A stretch of DNA of 64,000 nucleotides. Source: Ramazzottius varieornatus (taxonomy: Eukaryota; Animalia; Tardigrada). The notes beneath the pieces were generated by a model that saw nothing but the letters and a program-made list of their open reading frames with translations, was not told the DNA's origin and did not search any database. Below, piece by piece: positions 1-13,393 of this stretch; position 1 is the stretch's first letter; every line of letters begins with the position of its first letter. The DNA is taken from the NCBI GenBank assembly GCA_001949185.1, contig BDGG01000011.1:1252318-1316317 (forward strand). The letters run 5' to 3'. A program made the translations under genes and the position numbers.

Positions 1-595
1 ATTCTACCAGGTTTCATAATTTTAATTGCAGGAAATGGTTCTCGTAGACTTGTCTATTATCTATTAATTTTACTGATGTTAGCAGCAGCAATTTAAATTC
101 TTTCAATTGCTGGGCGATGGTAATTGGCACGTTTCACGCCATGCTGACGCACTGTTAGATCTTCATTCGTTGAATCAATGTACCGCAGCAGAACAAAACG
201 CACAACTTACGGTGCGCGAAAACGAAACTATGTGGTGCTCAACTCGTTTTGCACAACCCGGTGCGCAAACTGACCTTATACGCAGTACCGAGGATACGTT
301 TCGTGGATATTGTCTAAGGTCAAACAATAGAAACCATGCAAAAAATACCATCGATTGCACAGTTTTAACCTCTTTTCCGCATTTCAGGCCCGTTTTAATT
401 GCCGTTTGGCCTAATTTTTAATTATCTATTTTACTATCCCACCATCCAGCCGGTTTTACTATGGTTTTACTATGGTTTTACTATATAGTAAAATCTGTCG
501 GCTGAGTTTGGCAATTTTAATTGCGATAGTAAAATTCAAAAGAGCCGATTTTTGGCCATTTTCAATTATCTATTACAATCATTAAAATAACACTG
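1..595. repeat. Probable right end of a non-autonomous hAT-like element (AATT-rich, ends ...TAACACTG); contains a 3x 11-bp tandem GGTTTTACTAT at 452-484
   Basis: Terminus AACACTG (reverse complement CAGTGTT) matches the termini of the TSD-flanked elements at 51587-51773 and 58028-58816; the left end is not visible in the window. Confidence 0.35.
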
Positions 596-1020
596 GCTGC
601 CACGACTTTTGTACACTAATTCGACAGGGTGGCGCATTAATTTTCACTGTGGTGTTTGCGATTACTGGATTGCGGTTAAACTGTCGGAAAGAATGGGCGA
701 CTCATTGCTTTTCTCACACTTACGAAGGGTCTCGCTTCGCTCGGCCTGACTAGACCTGAAAATTTACCGCCCAAATGGTACGCCACTACTCTTTGGTCTA
801 CTTCCTCATCCGAATGGAAGAGAATCTGTCTGATTTACGTATATTACATGCACAGTAATTGGCGGCAATATCGTACCAACTCTTGTCAAACAGGCAGTCC
901 GTACTGAGAGCCAGAGTTCTTTCCAAGGTTAGCTGAACTGACTTCTGGTCCGACAACCAAAATTATTGTGCTGTGGTAGAACGAGGTAAGGCTATCATTC
1001 CGTGAATCAGGAAGTGCTAC

Positions 1021-1632
1021 ATGTGCTCTACGCGCAGATCTTTGAGCATGCCGAAAAACATGCCGAGGAGCATCCCTGGGAGAGCGCGCGGAGGGCGGTA
1101 CATCAGTCCTTGCGTGAAAGAATATCTGGAAAAGAGAGGCATCTGGGATCCGGAAAACGAAGAAGATGGCTTCATCAACTACTTCCACGAGAAGAAAGAC
1201 GAACCGGGAAAACTGATCCTCTGGGTAAACAGTCACCTGCTGAACCTGACCAAGCTGCTAGCAGATCAGCTATATCATGCCTGGGGAATTCTCACGAAGA
1301 CCAACAAAAGCACGCTGGAGATCGTGAACCTCAGCTTGTACCTCATCACAGTCGTGACAACCACCGTTCTCACTATATGGCACTGTCGAAGGCTAACGCG
1401 GGAGGGATCGCTGCTCGTAATCCTGATGGTTCTCCTGGGCGGCTGGGCCGGAACAGGCCTTCTTACAAGCAACGATCGTGCGGACGATGGTGACTCCAAA
1501 TCTTCTATGAAAAAGGGCGAAAACTTCGGTTCTCCCAGTTGCACTATCACCACTATCAACGGTGACACCACAATGACCTGCACCTTTCCGCCACGTTTTG
1601 CAGCTCAAAGACTGAACTGTCTGGTAGTGTAA
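1021..1632 (+). CDS. Hypothetical protein with two C-terminal hydrophobic segments; may be a frameshifted remnant
   Basis: 203-aa ORF with protein-like composition (VKEYLEKRGIWDPENEEDGFINYF...), followed by LSLYLITVVTTTVLTIW and LLVILMVLLGGWAG; no recognised motif. Confidence 0.3.
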   Translation: MCSTRRSLSMPKNMPRSIPGRARGGRYISPCVKEYLEKRGIWDPENEEDGFINYFHEKKDEPGKLILWVNSHLLNLTKLLADQLYHAWGILTKTNKSTLEIVNLSLYLITVVTTTVLTIWHCRRLTREGSLLVILMVLLGGWAGTGLLTSNDRADDGDSKSSMKKGENFGSPSCTITTINGDTTMTCTFPPRFAAQRLNCLVV

Positions 1633-3226
1633 CAACTACTTCTGGAGTTTCCAGTGGCACTGTACCTTCGCCTCACATGGCCAACGATCGAAAACAGGAA
1701 AAGGTAACCTGTTACTTGTAGTAAGGGCACTACGTAAGAAATTTTGAAGTCAGATCTTTTACTCGAGAACGTCTGCCAGATGTCGACAACGCCGCAGCGG
1801 CTTGACTGTTTTCTACAGTTCCACCACGCATCCCTGCACAAAGTCATTTGACATCGCTTACGAGTTAATGTGACTGGATGCCAGTAGAAGTTAGGCACTT
1901 AGCAGACCACATGGGCCCAAATAGCGATGTCAGAATAGGCTGCCATCGACAAGATTTGGCGACGCCGAAATGTCAGGTTCCGGGGAGCAAAATGATTATT
2001 TTCTGTTGAAATCGTTACCCTGCCTTTGCAGTTTTGTAGCGAAGGGTTCGCAAAGTATCATACCTATTTTCTAGCGGCATCCACTCACCCGTTTTTGGGG
2101 CGTAATTCTGACGGCGTAAAAGGTTTAACGTTATAGTCCATGCGTGATTCATTTCTCATCGTACGCTTTTTGACACGTTTAGGTTGTTTAACATTAGGTA
2201 GACCCCTCTTCCTTCCAAGATCAGTTTGTTCAGTTCACAACTTCTCACCATCCCAAACCTATCGAATGCTGTAGGAAACAAGTTTACCTATGTGGAAAAC
2301 GAAAAACTACAGAAGCTGGTGCAGTGGGTTCAGAGATGTAAACCGTCAGAATCGTGTCCCAAAAAAGGGTGCGGCAGAATTATATCCTCTCCCTCGGATT
2401 GTTTACAGCGGCTCTCCAGCGGATACGATGAGTCTTCGCGATGAGCATAATCGTATCATGCCTGAACTAACACGGTACGGTTCCAGTTCGCGGAGTAAGA
2501 TAGCCTAAATAATTAGCTTAACCCTTTTTTACAGATCAATCAATGCCGACCCTTGCTGTGCTTTACTCATCCGATTTGCAATTGTGACCGAAATTTTCCT
2601 CCACCGTTATATGGTCTACCTCCTGGTCCGAAACACACATACGCGCCAATTTTCTTGATTTATGGGACAATAGATGTTTCACGTGACTCATCGAGTTCAG
2701 CCTTCGCCCGATCTCCTTCTTCGAGTGCGCGATACAACGTCTAACCGTTCACTGATAAATGGGTATCGACAGTTCAATTGTGAGGTTAACGGTCGCTGAT
2801 CAAGTTGTTCAGGAGTCGACTTCTGGAACTTGGAACCCTAAGAACATAGTTGAACCGGGATCGTGTATGGTAAGACATGTTGATCACGTGCTCCACTTTG
2901 GACGTGCAGAATTTGATACTTGATGAACCTAGCATTGTACGATTGCCGAGCACTTTGTAAGAATACCGCGCACTTGACGTACGACTAAGTAGACGAATTG
3001 ATTGGTATTGATTGCGCTCTTCGGGTTTTCTTCGAAAAGTTCAGCGCTGTGACGTATACCCAGAAAATGTTGCAGGATTTCCTGGCTATCTCCAGGATCA
3101 TCCCTCGACGTCCTCCGATTTTCAGCAGGTAAGCTGGCTGACTCTCTGGGATTCCCAATGGGAAACTGACGCAGCAGTAAGTGGGCAGTGTGATCAGCAA
3201 TTTTAGCTCAATAAGTTGTAAAGTTA

Positions 3227-3351
3227 GGGCAAAGTTGTAAAGTTAGGCACCGAACATTGGGAGTAGGCCCTCATATGGCCTACGCTTTATAAGATGCAGC
3301 TCACCTTACAACTTCGGCCTACGCCGGTCAAGCTTGCAACTTTGCCCTCGT
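3227..3351. mobile_element. Small MITE-like inverted-repeat element
   Basis: AGGGCAAAGTTG ... CAACTTTGCCCT(CGTA) inverted termini; internal GTAGGCC/GGCCTAC hairpin. Confidence 0.4.
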
Positions 3352-4000
3352 AGAATCGTTCTGACATCAAACCTCCACGATGGGGTATTTTTAGCTGTTA
3401 ATCGTCCCTAAAAGTTGCTGGAATATTTTTCGAGAAAGGGCAAACAGTTTAGTACGACTTCTAGCCGTGAAGCAGCGTGGCGATGCTAGCAGTCGATGAG
3501 CCTGAATAGTGCCAACAAGTTCATGTCGAAAAAGGAGTCATTCGGAGCTACAAGAGTCATCCCCAAACTGGACAGCCGAAACCAAAATGTTGTTTCTCCT
3601 AGAATATTCCTCTTGGCAAATTTTAAATGACGTTAAATGTTCCATGATCAGATCCACGAATGAGACACAAAATAAGACTTTCGAACTAAGATTCAGAAAT
3701 GAGATCGTGACAACGGTTTCCACCAGGGGCTCGCACTCTCTGATTGTAAATTGCTGTAAGACCGAACGATATCCTGTGAGAGATCAAAGTGTTGACAACC
3801 GACTTGCGAGTTCGTGGCGACGCCATTGTATGCAACAGTATCGAAAAGGATCGGAATACCTGAAGTACGCAACAATATTTTGACCATCGGGATACCATGT
3901 CGCCTGTGTACTTTAGGCATATCTACCGGTGGCGCCATGTAGGCCACTGCAAAACCATGCCTGAACGTCTTCGCCCAATGGACGAAATTACCATTCAAGC

Positions 4001-4165
4001 CGTAGAGACCCCACCGTTCTTTCATTAGAAGTCACCTACAGCGAGAGCGGAAGTCCGCCAGCGGAGCGTGCATGTTTACTCGGAGTGTCGCACGTTATGT
4101 TTTCGCTGGCGGACCTCCGCATCCGCTACTGACGGCATTCAAAAGGCAGAACATGGGGTCACACG
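4001..4165. repeat. Imperfect foldback / MITE
   Basis: GACCCCACCGTTCT pairs with AGAACATGGGGTC; GCGGAAGTCCGCCAGCG pairs with CGCTGGCGGACCTCCGC. Confidence 0.5.
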
Positions 4166-6600
4166 ACAATCGTTTGTAGTCGGCAATTCAGTTGATGAGT
4201 TAACGACTGAATCAACTAAATTTCCCGGGCAAAACAGTTGACTCGGGAAATTTACTTGATTCTTCAGAACCCATTTCACACACACATTTTACAGCGCAGC
4301 CGACAGTTTTCGGAACGACTCAATTATCCACCGAGCGAGAAAATCTGCCATGCTTGGGGCTGGATCGTTTGAAAGATGAAGCGAGATATAATGTGTCGCC
4401 AAATGCGAGGCTCCCAGATTAAAATGAATATGCCACCGGAATTCTATATCGAAACCACAACGCCGTATCTAGCGTAAAATATTCTCGCTAGCGCGGTGGA
4501 ACATAATTTGAACTAGAATTCGTCCGGGCGAATTATCCAGACATCGATAGGTTTTACATCCCCCGCCCGACAGGTCTTTGATCTCGTGCAGTTCTGAACG
4601 GGAGCTGCACGAGATACAGCTTGGTTCAGCTTGCTACGAAGCTACGGGTGTACCTTGCGTTTTAAAGGTGCGAACTGCCGAGTTTTGATTGGTCGGCAAA
4701 CAATACCGGCAAGTTGCAGCTGGCTGAGTTCTGGCGTTGCGTACAAAGTCGTAAAGCGCAGACACCTTAAGGCTAGAAGGTTCCTTCAGCTTCTGATATC
4801 GAAAAACTGACTTTCTCCAGCAGGCGCTGATCAAAACTACCATATTATGATCCTACGAGGTGCACAGACCACTTGGGCACTCGGTGGCATAAAGTTTGGG
4901 CGCGCGCCATAACCCATATTTTGCCGAAGTATGGGTTATAGCTCCACACCACCCTCAACCAAGCTGTATCTCGCGCAACTTCCGTCTGGAACTGCGAGGG
5001 ATATCAAACCTGTCGGAAGGGGGATGTAGAACCTATCGATGGCTGTATGATCCTCCCAATCCTCCCGAATCCTAGTTCAGCAGTATTAATTTCCCAGTTG
5101 CCCGTACTTACTGATATTTTAAAAGCCGACAACCCATGCACATTTTGCTCAAATCCTCGAAAGTGTGTGAGATTGGCGGAAACTTTTTCCAATATTCCGT
5201 ACCATGTAGTCTGTACACCAAACATTCGTGGGTTTTCCCTGTACTCTTGATGTCTTGTTGGGAAAGACCACTTTGACATGTGAATTGTTTAGCTCCTCCA
5301 AGTCCAGCATATTGCCATAACTAATCCCCAAATGGAAACGACCGTTTTCCGGATGATGTAATCGTGATCCAGGGCCTGTGCACTACATCGAAATATGGCA
5401 TATTACGACTGGGACAACCCGTGGCTAATTTGCTCAAACACCACACGATAATATTCGAGAAGAAAAGATAGGAAGTTCGATCCATGAAACATTTGGCTCG
5501 TGACCAATTCCACCACACGTTAACCGAGTCAGAACCCGCACCCATCGGCGCAATTACCACCACGAAATCTCATGGCGAACCACGGATCCATCCTGATATA
5601 CAGCTCCTGGCCATATTCCACGTACCATCAACAGAGCGCAAACCGTCAGCCAAGAACCTCGAAAGCTTGTCTGCTGTGGTTGATCGAATAGTCGGATAGC
5701 ATGTCGTACGATAGGGATAGGTCGAGCGACAGTTGGCTCGTGAGCTAGTGCGCCATCTTTAAATTCGAGTCCTTAGTATATATTAAGTTCCGTGCGCGTG
5801 CAAGAACTGAATAATTGCGTTCGAACTGTTGCTCGGCAGGTCAGATAGAAGTTAAGAGTGCCTCTGTCAAAGACTTACCGACTGTAGGTACCGCACTTTG
5901 AACGACCAGCGTGGTAACGCCAGCCCAGCTACTATCATGGCGAAAGCTATCGACCACGTGGCCATCAGGATCAGCTTGGCGCCAAAGTCGCCGCCTGTGA
6001 TTGCGGGCGGAGGTGCAAATCCTCGCCCAGTGATCAACCGAAGTACGAACGCTCTTGTTAATCTGCAATGTTGGCCCGGGTCTGCTGTGTGCGCATACCC
6101 CCGACAGGTGACTACCCCTATGATCAAAACCAATGCTCTCATCAGTGGCATTTTGGTTTCTGGCAGATGCAGCAGTGCATTTTTTTCTTGTGTGTCATTC
6201 CTCCTCGAAGATACTTGCCCAGCAGGAACGAGCCAGATCACCAACTTACCGTATGTTTACAGAGAAAACATGCTCGTAAATTGCATCACGCAACCAAGCT
6301 GTAAGGTTTCCCGACAAAGTGCCCACACTGATCGGAGCCCGTACCGGGAACGCTTACTTGTTATTCTATTCTATCGATTTCGCCGGCGTGATGAGCTGAT
6401 TGCGTACTCGTGTCAGCTGAACACAAAGAGCATCCCTCTACATCAATCTGCCTTTACAACCACACCGAACACAGGAATCGTTTTGCGAGGCTTCCGTGCA
6501 CAATAGGCCTACCCTCGATTTCACCAACCCAATCCCATGATGGGGAGTTTAGCGGTTAGATGCCCTTTAGACAGTCTACCGGCTTTCGACTTGACGAGCC

Positions 6601-9600
6601 ATGTGCGGCACACTGATCCTGAGTTTTTCGTTGATGGTGAACCTGTGCACGCACTCGCTTCCGATTCTATTGTTGATCGTCCGACGGATCTGGAGTCTAT
6701 CATGGTACGTACGTAGGCTCATATTCCCGGTTGATGATTACGACCCCCGTCGTTTTTTCTTCGTATGGAGCTATAATTTCAGTTCAATTCTACCAGTAGA
6801 CTCTAGTTGTGTCCTGGACTGCGTCTGGACTGATCATTCGTTCCACTTGCTGCTTGTATTTAATTGAAGCTTAATTCTGAAGGCACAAGGGCGTTACAAC
6901 ATGTCGCCCGGTATCACCTCTCTTCCAGACCAGGATTTCATGCCCGATTACCATCAGACACTCCAGGAAAAAACCTATGTCCATAACGTGACCATCCTGG
7001 TCGTGTTGACTTTCGGTACAGTCCATCTCCAACTCAATTCTTTTCCAGAGCGGATTTTTTTCTGAACCGATGTTGATGAAGGGAAATATGCGGTTTGTTT
7101 CTCAGGGGGAGTACTGCCAGTAGATTTGATGAAAGCTGGTGGGGCGATTGAGATGGCCGTGGAGGTAGTTCGACAAAGCATTCTACCGGAAGTCTACACA
7201 AATTACTACATGGTTCGACGAAAAGGCTTCGTTGACTGTTATGAGGACGAGAACCACGCATCCTTCTTAATGACCCGTTATGCATTCCGTGATGCGGTTG
7301 CGCGAGGTGATCCTCCGGTGGGACTAATTGTGGGACCTGCGTGCACCAGTGAGTGGAGCCATATTAAGTTTAATTCCTGCTCCAAGTTATTACCGTCTTC
7401 ATTTTCCAGAGTCACTGGAGAGCATGGGTCATATAGCAACCGGTAAGGTTACTGCAGAAAGATAGCCAGGATCCTAATTGCAACATGTAATCGGAAACAA
7501 TTAACGTTACGCGCGAAGGGGACTTGTGACTATGCAGATATGCGAGCGCCGATCATGACGTCGCAAGGAGCCAGTCTGACTTTCGATGACAAGACCATAT
7601 TCAAAACAGTAACCCGAACCGGAGTGACCGTCAAAACCCTGTCGCGTAAGCCTTTTTCCGCTACAGTGCATGAAGTGGTCAATTATCCGAAGGGTTTGTA
7701 CGGCAGGTTTTGCTTTCGAATTCTTGGATTTACATGGATACGTCAATGTGGCCATCATCTACGACGACCTCTTTTCCTTCTTCAGCGTTCTGGGATCCAT
7801 GTTGTACCGCGCCTTGTACTACCGGCAGGATGTTCGGATGAACCCCATGGATTTACCTTACCGCAACATCAGCGACTACTCGCCCTACTTGTATCGAGCC
7901 TCCAACAACTCTCGAGGTCGTCGGCTTTGGCAACGTTGCTTCATTCCAATCCAGCTTTTCTCCCAGAAAATTACCAATTATATTTTGCTTACTGTCTTTG
8001 ACAGTTTTCTTCATCCTGGCCGATGCGCAAAGTCTCCGTACGATCATGGTAAAAATTCCTGTTCTTGTTTCCATTGCTAATCTATTTCATTTCTCCGGTT
8101 GGTCGCTTCGTCGCTTGCGAACCAGACTATTGGGAATAATGCTTCATCTTCTTAATTTTTTTACAGTTGACTGCGTTCGATCTTGGGATGACGAACGGCG
8201 ACTATGTACTGCGACCTACACCCGCATGACGAGCATGCAGACAATATTCCTTAGAAACGTGCATTATCGTTTTCAGGTGTTCTTGACCTGTGTGTGGTAC
8301 AAAGAAAAATACTGGGGTGACTACACCTATCGTAACAGCGACGAGCGAGACGAGGAAGCTCGGCAAGCTTATCGTACCTTACTGGTCTTTAGAGAAAGGC
8401 CCATGACTCCCACCCAGAACGAAACAGCTACCGGTCCACAAGACTTTGCTCAGGCACAAAGTCGGGTGAAGTCTATAGCCTGGAACCGGTACGGATACGG
8501 CTTTGACAACAACGAGGATGTAAGCCCAGAAAGTTTGTTTGTGACCAGCCAAACCATAGAGCGCTGTATAAGGATCTCTAACCTAGGTCTCTTCGGCGGT
8601 GTGGGAACTGTACGAGGGAATTTTGTTATGGGCCCGTGCCTTGAACGAGACGATCAGCGAGGGCGAAGACCCGAAAAACGGAACGCGAGTGACGCAACGC
8701 ATGTGGAACCGTCAAGTTCAAGGCATCAACGGCACTTTGGCCATCGATGCCAACGGTGATCGCAACTGCAGTTATGCCTTGCTGGACATGTCGCCATCTA
8801 GCGGTATCTTCAAAGTATGACAATCGCCATCAAGGTTCTTCACTCCCATGCAGACTGAGCTGGGAAAGTTTTCAGTTGGTTTTGAAGGAAGTGTTCGTCT
8901 ATGATGGACGTGGTCAGCCATCAAGATGGATCCGAACAGTTGACTGGGGAAGCGGTAGAGAGAGGGCGCCACCCAACGAACCGAAATGCGGATATCGAAA
9001 TGACAAACTGCTGTGTTTCCTGCGAACGGGTAGTGGCTTTAATTATGATCCACTTCCTCTTTCATTTCCCAATCGCACATTGATCATTACCACCTCAATC
9101 TTGCTTTAGAAGAAAACAATCACGTTTACACGGCAGTTGGAGCTGTTGGTGGCGCTGTGGTGTTATTACTTCTTGGCGCGCTTCTTGTCTACAGGTATTG
9201 TCCGTCCTACATCTTCAGCCCCTTACGTTTACTCGGCAATTTGTTCTTAGTACCGGAAATATCGTGCGATACTGCCAGTTGTGTCTTCAGGAAGTATCGG
9301 ACAGAACAAGCGTTGCATGATACGTGGTGGAGAGCCAGCTACAGCGATATCAAACCTCTGGACAACACGGTGTCCCGCTCCCGACGGATGGCCTCTCCTT
9401 TTTCTGAGGTCAATTGAGCTGCATTATTTCCTTTGCAATCCTCCTTTGGTTTTAACCCGGGTGTGCTCCGCTTTGCAGGAGCCTGATCTCGGGCTCAAGA
9501 AGGTTACCGTCGCACGCTATCAAGACCGGATGGTCATGGTTAAAACCATCACGCACAAAATCGAGATGAACAGACACTTTCTGGTCTACGTTAGCAAAGT

Positions 9601-12600
9601 AAGCTCCATCAACATTAATGCGGACGTACGGCTTGTCTCCTTGTCCTCTGCCAAAGTTAATATATTTTTCTGACGCCACATCTCAAATATTTTAATCAGC
9701 TCATGCAGTCATATTATCACGATACTCCCGAGATTCATTTGCAACATATTTCGCTCCATTGCTGCGAAAAACTAGGGGAAGGGAGAAGAAGGAAGATAAC
9801 CTCTGTAACGGCACATTTCGAACTCACTTCCGGGAAAAATTTACTACCTCGATGGAGGAAGTCCAAGTTTTTGAACAAGTGATAGTCCGTTAGCGCCAGG
9901 ATCCTGCTATAAGACGGGGGAATGGAAAGTTCCATTTTCCGTTGCTGCAGTTTTGCGGAAGTGTTTTGATAATCGCGCACTCTGGAGCAGCCTTGCAACA
10001 GTAGTGGGTCCAGTTCGTGAATTTTGCCTGTTGGACGGGATGGTTTTCCACACACAATCCCTCTTCCAAAGAGTTCTGGAATATCGTTACTGCTTTGCTT
10101 GATGAAAGAGATTCATAGCGGTCAGGAGTGTGTGGTGGCCATCAATATGAGATCATGGTTCTCTTTTAGCGCAGCTCACGGCTTCAAATCTCATGCGGTG
10201 GTTTGCCTTTGTCAAAATATACCATATGTCTCGCTTAGAAATCTTCTGCAGAGTGTCCCTGTTGTCACCGGTAGCAATGCGGTCTGCTACCGGCTAGTTG
10301 ATGTTTGCAATTCGGAGAGGGAAAAAAGAAAAACTGCGTTATTTTCGGGGTGCGCGAAGTAGGTGGGGTACCAAATTCTCTTGTCTTTTCGCTCTCCTCG
10401 TCTTATTTAAATTTACCATGAGACTTTGGGGAGGCATATTTTAGTCCTGTGAAAATTACACAATAGTTTGGGGAGAATCGGGTGTGACATGATCGCTCAG
10501 TACATTGTCGCTCACTTTCAATTTCAGTCTTCCGTAAGAGTAACTTTTGAATAGAAATTTCCAAAACGGAACCCATACACCCAATCACCCACGGTACATC
10601 TGTTAGGTGTTTCATAGTCAAATACGGATCTGATTTTGTCCGCGGTAGGAGATGGTTTCGCGCTTCGATAAAATTCAAACGCCAAAACCTCCGAAATTTT
10701 ACCTATGCATCATTCAGCCAAAACAATTCCTGCCGTACTCCAGAGCTGAGAAGCTTGAACCCATCAAGTATCAGACAACGGGTGGGAGTTGGTGAGAAAC
10801 AGAAAAAACTGTTTACAACGAAAGGATGAGGGGAGTAGAACTATGTATTTTTGAAGTCACGGTGGTTTAAGGAGCTCAAGCTATACGTCCGCACGTAATA
10901 GTTGGGGCGGCGATTTGATCGTCTAAACGATATTTCGTAGTTGCACAGCATCAATCACGACAACCTAAACCGAGTCGTGGGAATCTGTCCCGACGTCAAC
11001 CACGAAGCCATTCTGACCGACTATTGCACCAAAGGTTCGCTGGCAGACTTGCTGGAGAACGACGAAATGGAGCTGGACTGGGGCTTCAAATCGTCGTTGA
11101 TTACTGACCTAGTTTCCGGACTGGACTACATCCACACATCTTTCCTTGTGTCGCACGGGAACCTCCACAGTTCCAACTGTCTGATCGACAGTCGCTTCAC
11201 CCTGAAAATATCTGATTATGCTTTCCCTGAACTGCGACAGACTTCAAAGCCGATAGGAAAATCGATCGATGGCCATGTTGATGTCGACCTTCATCATAAG
11301 GTGCTTTTGTGGCGAGCGCCAGAGTTTCTACGAGATTCGATGCCACCTGCCGGATCACCGAAGGGCGATGTGTACAGTATGGCCATTGTTTTATCAGAAA
11401 TCGTGACGAGACGGGAACCCTACGCTTCCCCATTGCTCGAGGTACCGAAATGTTTTGCTGGAGGTGAACACAGTTTAGTCTTTTCGGTTGGGAACGCCCA
11501 GTTTCAGTAGCGCCTGACTGTTTGCAGGGTATTGATTTCAAGGATAAGTCGTACGAAGAAATTGTCCAGCGAATTATCGAGGGTCCAGACGAGCAAGGCC
11601 CTCTACGACCCGTTATCCTACCCGAAGAGTGTCCGCCGAAGGTTACTACCGTCATCCAACTGTGCTGGGCGGAATGGGTTAAAGACCGGCTGTCGGTTCG
11701 CGATGCCCAACAGATGCTGAAGGAAGCTGGTGTGGCCAAAGGCTCGGTCATGGATAACATTATTCGCCGCATGGAACAGTACGCGGGCAATCTCGAGTCG
11801 ACCATTAATGACCGCACCAAAGCGCTGCTGGATGAAAAGAAGAAAGTCGAAGAGCTTCTAAGCGAGATATTACCGAGGTACAGTACATAGCGCCACGCCA
11901 TTCCTGATGCTATACTGTGGTATTTTTCGAGAAATCAAACATGTATGCCACAGTGCGGTCGCCGAAGCACTAAAAATGGGCAAGCAAATCGCGCCGGAAG
12001 CCTTCGAGATGGTCACCATATACTACAGCGACATTGTTGGCTTCACGACCATTTCTGCGAAGAGTAAGAAAAGGCCGCTGCTTAGCCATACGGTTGGGGC
12101 GTAACTGTTAATGTTGTGGTCTTGCAGGTACAGCCTTCCAAGTGGTGGATTTGCTGAACGATCTGTACACGATGTTCGATGGAGCCATCGCGGGTTTTGA
12201 TGCTTACAAGGTGAGGCTGACTGGATCGCCAGAACTTTTCCGAGTATGAATACTCCAGGGTGACGATAACCATGTCGTTGCCATCAGGTGGAGACGATTG
12301 GGGATGCATACGTGGTGGCCAGTGGAGTGCCGGTGCGTAATGGCGACAGACATGCCCTGGAAATTGCCAACGTGGCTCTAAAGTTCCGGGATGGTGTTGC
12401 GGGATTTACGATGCGTCATTTGCCGGACCAGCAATTGAGGCTGCGTATTGGACTGCACTCAGGATATGTCGCTGCAGGTGACCACTAAAGTCCAAATGAA
12501 AGCTGGACCAGCGAGGAATAATTAACAACACGGCCTTTTTCGTCATAAAATAGGGGTGGTGGGGGTCAAGATGCCGCGATACTGCCTGTACGTATTAAAA

Positions 12601-12985
12601 TGTACTGTTTTAACAGTCGGCTCCAATTAGTCGTACCATTGTGCCAATCTGAAAGCCGTTTTCCAGGTTTGGAGAAAGCGTTATGATAGCCAACAAGATG
12701 GAATCATCCGGAGAGGGTAAGACTGCGTCTTGTGTAATTCCGAACTTCTGTCTCACGTTCAAGTAGGATCGCACGAATGCGGTCATGTCGCAAGGGGTGA
12801 GGTATGGAAATTTCTTTCTCCTAAGCCGACAATTTCGGTTTGTTCTAGCCATGAAAATCCAGATGAGCGCTGTCACAAAACAGCTGCTGGACCAGTTCCA
12901 GCAATTCGATATGGTGTTCCGTCATATCTACGATACGGGTAAGGGATCGATCGCTACCTATTGGCTACATGGAGTGAGGACGTAA
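6601..12985 (+). CDS. Receptor-type (natriuretic-peptide-receptor-like) guanylyl cyclase, about 20 exons: signal peptide, ANF-receptor ectodomain, TM, kinase-homology domain, cyclase domain
   Basis: Exons join in frame at GT-AG sites: GAIEMAVE...[138 protein letters not shown]. Confidence 0.95.
9615..10898 (-). mobile_element. Decayed full-length mariner (Tc1/mariner) element inside a guanylyl cyclase intron
   Basis: About 1.28 kb. TIR TTAATGCGGACGTACGGCTTG matches the reverse complement of CAAGCTATACGTCCGCACGTAA(TA). Minus-strand remnant [20 protein letters not shown] corresponds to the mariner YSPDLAPxDYHLF motif. Confidence 0.85.
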
Positions 12986-13393
12986 ATCGAGATCGCACGA
13001 AGAGTCAATCTTCTATTCTTTTTCATGATCACACTGCGGTCTCAGAATTGCAGTTTCCGATATGTTCAGGATACAGTACACAATGCGATGTTTCACCGGG
13101 GAAAACACTGAAAAGTCTTATTAGAGCGGTAATATTGTTCTGCACTCACTTGAAAAATTAAAAAAATAAAGCGGTAATTTGATTTGATTGACGGATTGTC
13201 CATACAATCACATTATTTAACATCGTGATGAGTCATTGTTTAGTACCGTGACTGATGACCTTTTTAAAGCTGAAGGAATTCGTCTGGCGTGACAGTCCAA
13301 GCATGGATCCAACTATGCCCCGAACACAGTCGCTCGTAATGAACCAGTAATCCCACGTTGAAGCGGTTTTTCACGAGTTGTACCGCAGCGAAT

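Noticed and set aside
11197-11901. 234-aa minus-strand ORF
   Set aside because: Antisense shadow of guanylyl cyclase exons; no independent motif
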